64,000 bases of DNA from a phage, in NCBI GenBank assembly GCA_037431425.1, contig GCA_037431425.1_4129.1, one strand, 5' to 3'. The notes below the pieces were generated by a model. The model worked only from the letters and a program-made list of their open reading frames with translations, made no database searches and was not told where the DNA came from. Of this stretch, positions 59,716 through 64,000 are shown in pieces (position 1 is the stretch's first letter; every line of letters begins with the position of its first letter). The translations under genes and the position numbers were made by a program.

Positions 59716-59925
59716 ATGAATAAAGTACATAAAGAATTCTATTCCAGATACCTCAGCCTATCAGAACAAATGTTTATAAGATCTACACCACCATTAAGTA
59801 CTGATACTTACTTCGGTAGAGTATGCTACAATAAATGTGTACAAATGACTTTAAACGCAAACGACAATAATAACAGTACTAACCTGTACTCAGGCATCAT
59901 AGGTATACTATTTCTATATGATTAA
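59716..59925 (+). CDS. small array protein
   Basis: Track ORF 59599..59925 trimmed to ATG 59716; near-paralog of 56497..56706. Confidence 0.5.
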   Translation: MNKVHKEFYSRYLSLSEQMFIRSTPPLSTDTYFGRVCYNKCVQMTLNANDNNNSTNLYSGIIGILFLYD

Positions 59926-60100
59926 AGAATATAAAGACTTCTACATAAGAAAACTAACATTCGTCCCCGTAAGAATATACAAAGAATGCGACCCAAGATT
60001 ATACCTATGGCACTTCAATGAGTGCATAAAAGATTCTATATACCCTAAGAACTATAAAGAACAATTGTGCTCAGTACTAACACTAGTACTATCATATTAA
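59918..60100 (+). CDS. small array protein
   Basis: Track ORF; IKEYKDFY N-terminus. Confidence 0.5.
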   Translation: MIKEYKDFYIRKLTFVPVRIYKECDPRLYLWHFNECIKDSIYPKNYKEQLCSVLTLVLSY

Positions 60101-60113
60101 TAGAGATAATACT

Positions 60114-60326
60114 ATGAATAAAGAACATAAAAACTTCTATATAAGTAAACTAAAAGAAAATGAACAAGTATGGATTAGATCTATAATAGAACTGGCATTT
60201 AATAGATACGCACTGAATAGATGTACACAGATTGCTATAGACCCTTATCCCATTGAAGAGGATGAAAAGGATGTACAGTACAATCAGTACTACTATATCT
60301 TAATGCTTATATATAGACCTATATAG
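60114..60326 (+). CDS. small array protein, last member
   Basis: Track ORF; NKEHKNFY N-terminus; C-terminal LMLIYRPI. Confidence 0.5.
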   Translation: MNKEHKNFYISKLKENEQVWIRSIIELAFNRYALNRCTQIAIDPYPIEEDEKDVQYNQYYYILMLIYRPI

Positions 60327-60340
60327 GAAACTACACAGGC

Positions 60341-60426
60341 GAATTGCTAAAATTCAGCCTGCTATACGTCTGAATTGTTAAAATTCAGCCTGCTATACGT
60401 CTGAATTGTTAAAATTCAGCCTGGAC
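60341..60426. repeat. tandem direct repeat, about 29-bp unit x 2.5
   Basis: AATTG(C/T)TAAAATTCAGCCTGCTATACGTCTG repeated head-to-tail. Confidence 0.8.
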
Positions 60427-60467
60427 AAATGCGATCACCAGGATTCTCTCCAGGCTAAACACCGTAG

Positions 60468-60535
60468 TCATAAGTAATCATAAGTAATCATATATAAACA
60501 TTTATATGAGCATTTATAAGCATTTATAAGCACCG
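60468..60535. repeat. short tandem repeats
   Basis: ATAAGTAATC x2 then ATTTATAAGC x2. Confidence 0.7.
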
Positions 60536-61027
60536 TAGAATCACAGAATGATTATATATGATTCAGTACTGCCCCAAAAGTATTCAGTACTGAAGAATTA
60601 CCCCTGAATGATTCAGTACTGATATGCCACTAAGTAGGCAGAGGAAGTCTGCCGTACTTTGTAGTTTCCAAGCTCCTTTTCCATTTTGCAAATTACATCA
60701 AATGTAATCAAAAGTAATCACGTAATGATTAGTACTGAAATATTAGTTTCATCTTTTTTCAAATACCTTTTTACCCTTCGGGGTAAATGTATTTTTACCC
60801 ATTTACCTTTGGGGTAAAATCCCATTACCCCTTGAGGCTCCAGCAAAAAGTTGGAAAGTACTCCATCCTAAATCTCGATCCTAAAAATTTTGGAGTACCT
60901 ATGAAATAAAAGTTGGATCTTCGAAAGTTGAAATTTACGTTGGGACGTTTATGATTTGTGGGATATAATGATGTTTGTAGTCGGGTAGTTCTCAAGAATA
61001 TCAGTACTGAATGGTGAAAGAAAGTTA

Positions 61028-61055
61028 TTGACATTATGATTCAGTACTGTATAAT
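61028..61055 (+). promoter_or_regulatory. sigma70-type promoter (TTGACA-N16-TATAAT) in the non-coding region
   Basis: Consensus; TTCAGTACTG immediately upstream of -10; no obvious ORF downstream. Confidence 0.55.
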
Positions 61056-61383
61056 GTTCTACATAGAGAGATGAGTTGCTGCGAACAATTCATTTACTCT
61101 ACCTCCTGTCGTGAGACAGTACAGAAAAGATAGTTCCTCCTGTGGTGGTACATCTTTTTGAACCTCATATGAAAATCGTAATAACAGTACTGGTATTAAC
61201 AGAATGGTATCAGTACTGACTTTAATCTAATACATTATACCACCAGCTTGTGCTGGTGGATTCCCTCTAACAGTATTCAGTACTACATGATAGTCTTCAT
61301 CCTCCTAGGGTAACATAGTGAGGGCTATTGTGGGAGTACTGAATACTCCTTTCAAAAGATAGAATAATGGTATAGTACCGACG

Positions 61384-62000
61384 GATTTTGGGCGTAGTTA
61401 CCCTGGGTGTATTTTGGACGTAGATATGTCTAGCCCTCCAGAAGTCTGGAAGTAAAGATGGCTATCTATCTAGACGGCTAAACGGCTAGATTTCTAGATG
61501 GCTGTATGGCTAGACGTTTGGATGGCTAAACGGCTAAACGGCTAGATGGTTACACGTCTGGAAGTATAGACGGCTAAATCAAAATTTTTATTTTGTTTTT
61601 CCAATAGTTCCCCTACCGCGTGAGGATATTTTTTCCCCGCAGTATCTGGAGTTAGATTTTTCTGAATCTGGAATCATTATCTAATAAACTGGGGGCAATG
61701 TCAACCGCCTGGATGAATATTTTTAAAAAATAATCTAGTACTAAATTTTGGGCGTAACTATGCACCCGGTGGGCTTGAGTCTTTCTCGACTTGATGAAAT
61801 AATTATATCAGTACTGAAAAAATAAAGCAATACCCTAAACGCAAAAAAAATTTAATTAATTTGCTTGCTATTCTGGGCCGTACTATGGTACTATTAATTC
61901 AGTACTGAGAAAGTGCTTTTACCTGCTAGGGTGCGGGAGTGTATCCTTTTTAAATTTTATGAATTTTGGGCAGATCTCCGCACCCTGTGGGTTAGTGCCT
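61384..62000. repeat. dispersed copies of ATTTTGGGCG...CACCC(G/T)GTGGG element
   Basis: Copies near 61384, 61745, 61958, with a partial copy at 63940. Confidence 0.55.
61441..61575. repeat. iteron-like cluster of degenerate short repeats
   Basis: At least 8 copies of GGCTA(A/G/T)ACGG / ATGGCT(A/G)T units bracketed by CCAGAAGTCTGGAAGTA and CACGTCTGGAAGTAT. Confidence 0.75.
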
Positions 62001-62204
62001 TGTGTCCGGCTTATGTAGTAATTATACGCTTTTTCAGTACTGAGTCAATACCTAAAAACAAAATAATTGAAAATAATTTAACGCGTTTAAACGGCCCGTA
62101 AAGCCCTGGAATGATTAGAATGGTGCAAATGTATAGCTTAGGTGTAATATCTCGTTAGAATGCGACTGAGGCCGTTTTACGGGGTATAGGGATGATTTAG
62201 TGGA

Positions 62205-62296
62205 TTGATTCAGTACTGAATAATAGTACTCCTATATAGAAAGATAGTTCCCCTGGATGGTTGCAGTACTGAATAATAGTACTCCTATATAGAAAG
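62205..62296. repeat. direct repeat pair, about 38 bp
   Basis: CAGTACTGAATAATAGTACTCCTATATAGAAAGA occurs twice about 50 bp apart. Confidence 0.8.
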
Positions 62297-62329
62297 AAAA
62301 CTATTTTAAAAAGTATTTGTAGAAAGTAC

Positions 62330-62358
62330 TTGCACCGTACTGATAAAAGCGTATAATG
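62330..62358 (+). promoter_or_regulatory. promoter (TTGCAC-N17-TATAAT) plus conserved leader hairpin
   Basis: Followed by GAGAGCGGGAGCACTTCCCGCT stem-loop before ORF 62356. Confidence 0.6.
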
Positions 62359-62775
62359 TTTTACATCGAGAGCGGGAGCACTTCCCGCTACACATTAAGA
62401 GAGATTAAAACGATGGCGACTCAAATCAATAAAATTATTGCTAACCTGGTTAACTTCCGTGAAGAGATGAAAGGTCTTCCGGCTGAAACGGTAAAAATTC
62501 ACATTTCAGCTTATCGGGAACTTATTGCAATGTTACCGCTTAAGCGTGAACAATACGCCGCTACCGTGATGCTTGATGCGATGATCAATAAGATGATCGC
62601 CAGTGATTTAACGATGGTTTATCAGTACATGGGCGAAAATTTCGCGGTGTCTGGTAAGCCAGTACCAGGGATGGCAACTACTGAGGAATTGCACGGTTTA
62701 AATTTAAAACAAGATGCATGGGATAATATGCCTCGTTTCCTGGTATGGGCTGACAGTGGCAAAATTTACAAATAA
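62356..62775 (+). CDS. hypothetical protein (139 aa)
   Basis: Track ORF with own promoter 62330..62358 and leader hairpin; more G/C-rich codons than the rest of the window. Confidence 0.6.
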   Translation: MFYIESGSTSRYTLREIKTMATQINKIIANLVNFREEMKGLPAETVKIHISAYRELIAMLPLKREQYAATVMLDAMINKMIASDLTMVYQYMGENFAVSGKPVPGMATTEELHGLNLKQDAWDNMPRFLVWADSGKIYK

Positions 62776-62790
62776 GTTTAATAAAGTACT

Positions 62791-62819
62791 TGCCAACTAA
62801 GTTTAAAAGCGTATAATAC
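62791..62819 (+). promoter_or_regulatory. promoter (TTGCCA-N17-TATAAT)
   Basis: Same AAGCGTATAAT core as 62330 and 63496; leader hairpin GGGAAGTTTAAAAACTTCCC. Confidence 0.6.
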
Positions 62820-62896
62820 TTTACATCAGGTGCAACGGGAAGTTTAAAAACTTCCCTATAGGGGAATAGTTCCCCACTATATAAGAGGATTAAAAA

Positions 62897-63136
62897 ATGG
62901 CTAAATCAAAAATGTTCTTAGGTCACAAAAACAAAACTCATTGGAATGTAAGCCTTTGGATTAATAACGATGAATCATTATACCGGTTGGCCCTGGACTT
63001 TATTGCCGCTAATACTAATCGCAATGATGCGGCCCGTCATATGATGTTATTTTTAGAACAGACTGGACAAGATAAAACACCGGACGGATTCAAATATAGC
63101 ACTACTGCGATCCGTGCGGCGATGGTTGGAATGTAA
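62897..63136 (+). CDS. hypothetical small protein
   Basis: Track ORF with own promoter 62791..62819; SD agagga. Confidence 0.6.
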   Translation: MAKSKMFLGHKNKTHWNVSLWINNDESLYRLALDFIAANTNRNDAARHMMLFLEQTGQDKTPDGFKYSTTAIRAAMVGM

Positions 63137-63150
63137 TAGAATTTATTTAA

Positions 63151-63184
63151 AGTACTATCGCAAAAAATGATAGTACTTTATAAT
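63151..63184 (+). promoter_or_regulatory. palindromic operator-like site (AGTACTATC-N9-GATAGTACT) overlapping a -10 TATAAT
   Basis: Perfect 9-bp inverted repeat flanking a 9-bp spacer, ending at the TATAAT at 63179. Confidence 0.45.
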
Positions 63185-63221
63185 AGTGTTTTATTCATAC
63201 ACCAACGATAAGGGCAATAGC

Positions 63222-63488
63222 ATGAATATTAAGTATTTTGCGACGCGTGAACAAGCTCGGAAGGCGGCGAAAGTGGAAGGTGCAACGTTTAAAGATATGG
63301 GCATACAATCGGAACGTGGTAAACGTTGGGCCATTGTAAAGCGTAGTACAGCCAGATCATTACAGTACTGGTTAGCGGCTTTAAAAAGTCCTGCTAGTGT
63401 ATCGCGTCGAGTGGTAGAAATAAAGCTCGACCGTAAGGGGAATCGTGTTACCGTGTACCGTACTAAAAAGATAGCAGTACTTGAATAA
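63222..63488 (+). CDS. hypothetical basic protein
   Basis: Track ORF 63186..63488 starts upstream of the predicted TSS; ATG 63222 after aaggg is preferred. Confidence 0.5.
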   Translation: MNIKYFATREQARKAAKVEGATFKDMGIQSERGKRWAIVKRSTARSLQYWLAALKSPASVSRRVVEIKLDRKGNRVTVYRTKKIAVLE

Positions 63489-63495
63489 AAAGAAC

Positions 63496-63523
63496 TTGCA
63501 AACTATGTTTAATGGCGTATAAT
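63496..63523 (+). promoter_or_regulatory. promoter (TTGCAA-N16-TATAAT) plus conserved leader hairpin
   Basis: Followed by GAGAGCGGGAACACTTCCCGCC, near-identical to the leader at 62370. Confidence 0.6.
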
Positions 63524-63575
63524 GTTTTACATCGAGAGCGGGAACACTTCCCGCCTATAAACTGGAGTAATAAAA

Positions 63576-63806
63576 ATGACTAATATGTATATGACTGAAG
63601 TTAAAACCGTAAAAGATACTACCACGAATAAAACTACTTACTTACAGCGGATCTGCGGTGTATGGCAACGTATCAGCAAATCAAAGTACTATAAATTAAC
63701 ATCATATGCCAATCGTTCGGATTCATTCAGTACTGAAATAAAAGGTAATAAAGTACACCAATACGGCACTTATTATTATTATAGCCTGGACGCGATTGCA
63801 GTATAA
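63576..63806 (+). CDS. hypothetical small protein
   Basis: Track ORF with own promoter 63496..63523 and leader hairpin. Confidence 0.55.
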   Translation: MTNMYMTEVKTVKDTTTNKTTYLQRICGVWQRISKSKYYKLTSYANRSDSFSTEIKGNKVHQYGTYYYYSLDAIAV

Positions 63807-63836
63807 GTAGTTTACAAATCTTTACAATTGCCGGTA

Positions 63837-63865
63837 TTGACTTAAAATGTCAGTACTGGCATAAT
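63837..63865 (+). promoter_or_regulatory. sigma70-type promoter (TTGACT-N17-CATAAT)
   Basis: Contains CAGTACTG; near the window end. Confidence 0.45.
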
Positions 63866-64000
63866 GTATCTATTGAAACGAACAATTTGGCCCACGGGGT
63901 GCGGGAGTGTATCTATAGCAAAATTAGTTTAGTATAATTACAATTGTGCACCCGGTGGGTTAGCTGTTGTCATGGGGTATATTATGCCAGTACTTGATAA

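Noticed and set aside
60341-61575. Possible CRISPR array in the repeat-rich non-coding region
   Set aside because: Repeats are head-to-tail tandem or degenerate iteron-like units without regularly spaced unique spacers of uniform length; no cas genes nearby
60825-62101. Track ORFs 60825..61034 (-) and 61913..62101 (+) in the non-coding region
   Set aside because: No SD, embedded in repeat and promoter elements, composition atypical; likely spurious

Overview
This window reads as an AT-rich, densely packed segment of a large lytic phage genome, most likely the early/hyperplastic region of a T4-like (Straboviridae-type) or related large myovirus; this is inferred from sequence alone, with no database search. 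Most genes are short, co-oriented on the + strand, often with ATGA/GTGA start-stop overlaps and Shine-Dalgarno motifs, and are driven by many sigma70-type promoters (TTGACA-N16-18-TATAAT). Recognisable content: six tRNA genes (Ser-UGA, Arg-UCU, Ser-GCU, CAU Met/Ile, Asn-GUU, Thr-UGU); a clear homolog of T4 endonuclease V (denV); a sigma70-family sigma factor; three HNH endonucleases; a DUF262/ParB-like protein translationally coupled to an HNH ORF and followed by an N6-adenine methyltransferase; two small protein-kinase-like ORFs; a P-loop NTPase; lipoproteins and secreted proteins. Striking architecture: (i) seven tandem minus-strand paralogs with RCC1-like repeats and a conserved MLPFGRMxKYGNIxP N-terminus, each with its own terminator hairpin, TATAAT and strong SD; (ii) about 19 tandem small paralogous ORFs at 56.0-60.3 kb; (iii) 11 paralogous small two-helix membrane proteins in two arrays; (iv) about 10 unrelated proteins sharing a C-terminal EExFQxSTV module; (v) six near-identical stem-loop modules whose stem contains the -35 TTGACT followed by a -10, resembling PeSL cassette boundaries; (vi) a roughly 2 kb non-coding region (60.3-62.3 kb) with tandem and iteron-like repeats; (vii) strong over-representation of the palindrome AGTACT, often as TTCAGTACTGAA, in promoters, terminators, the non-coding region and coding sequence. 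Several starts were re-assigned from track TTG/GTG starts to downstream ATGs with SD. All functions other than denV, the tRNAs and the motif-level calls are inference.
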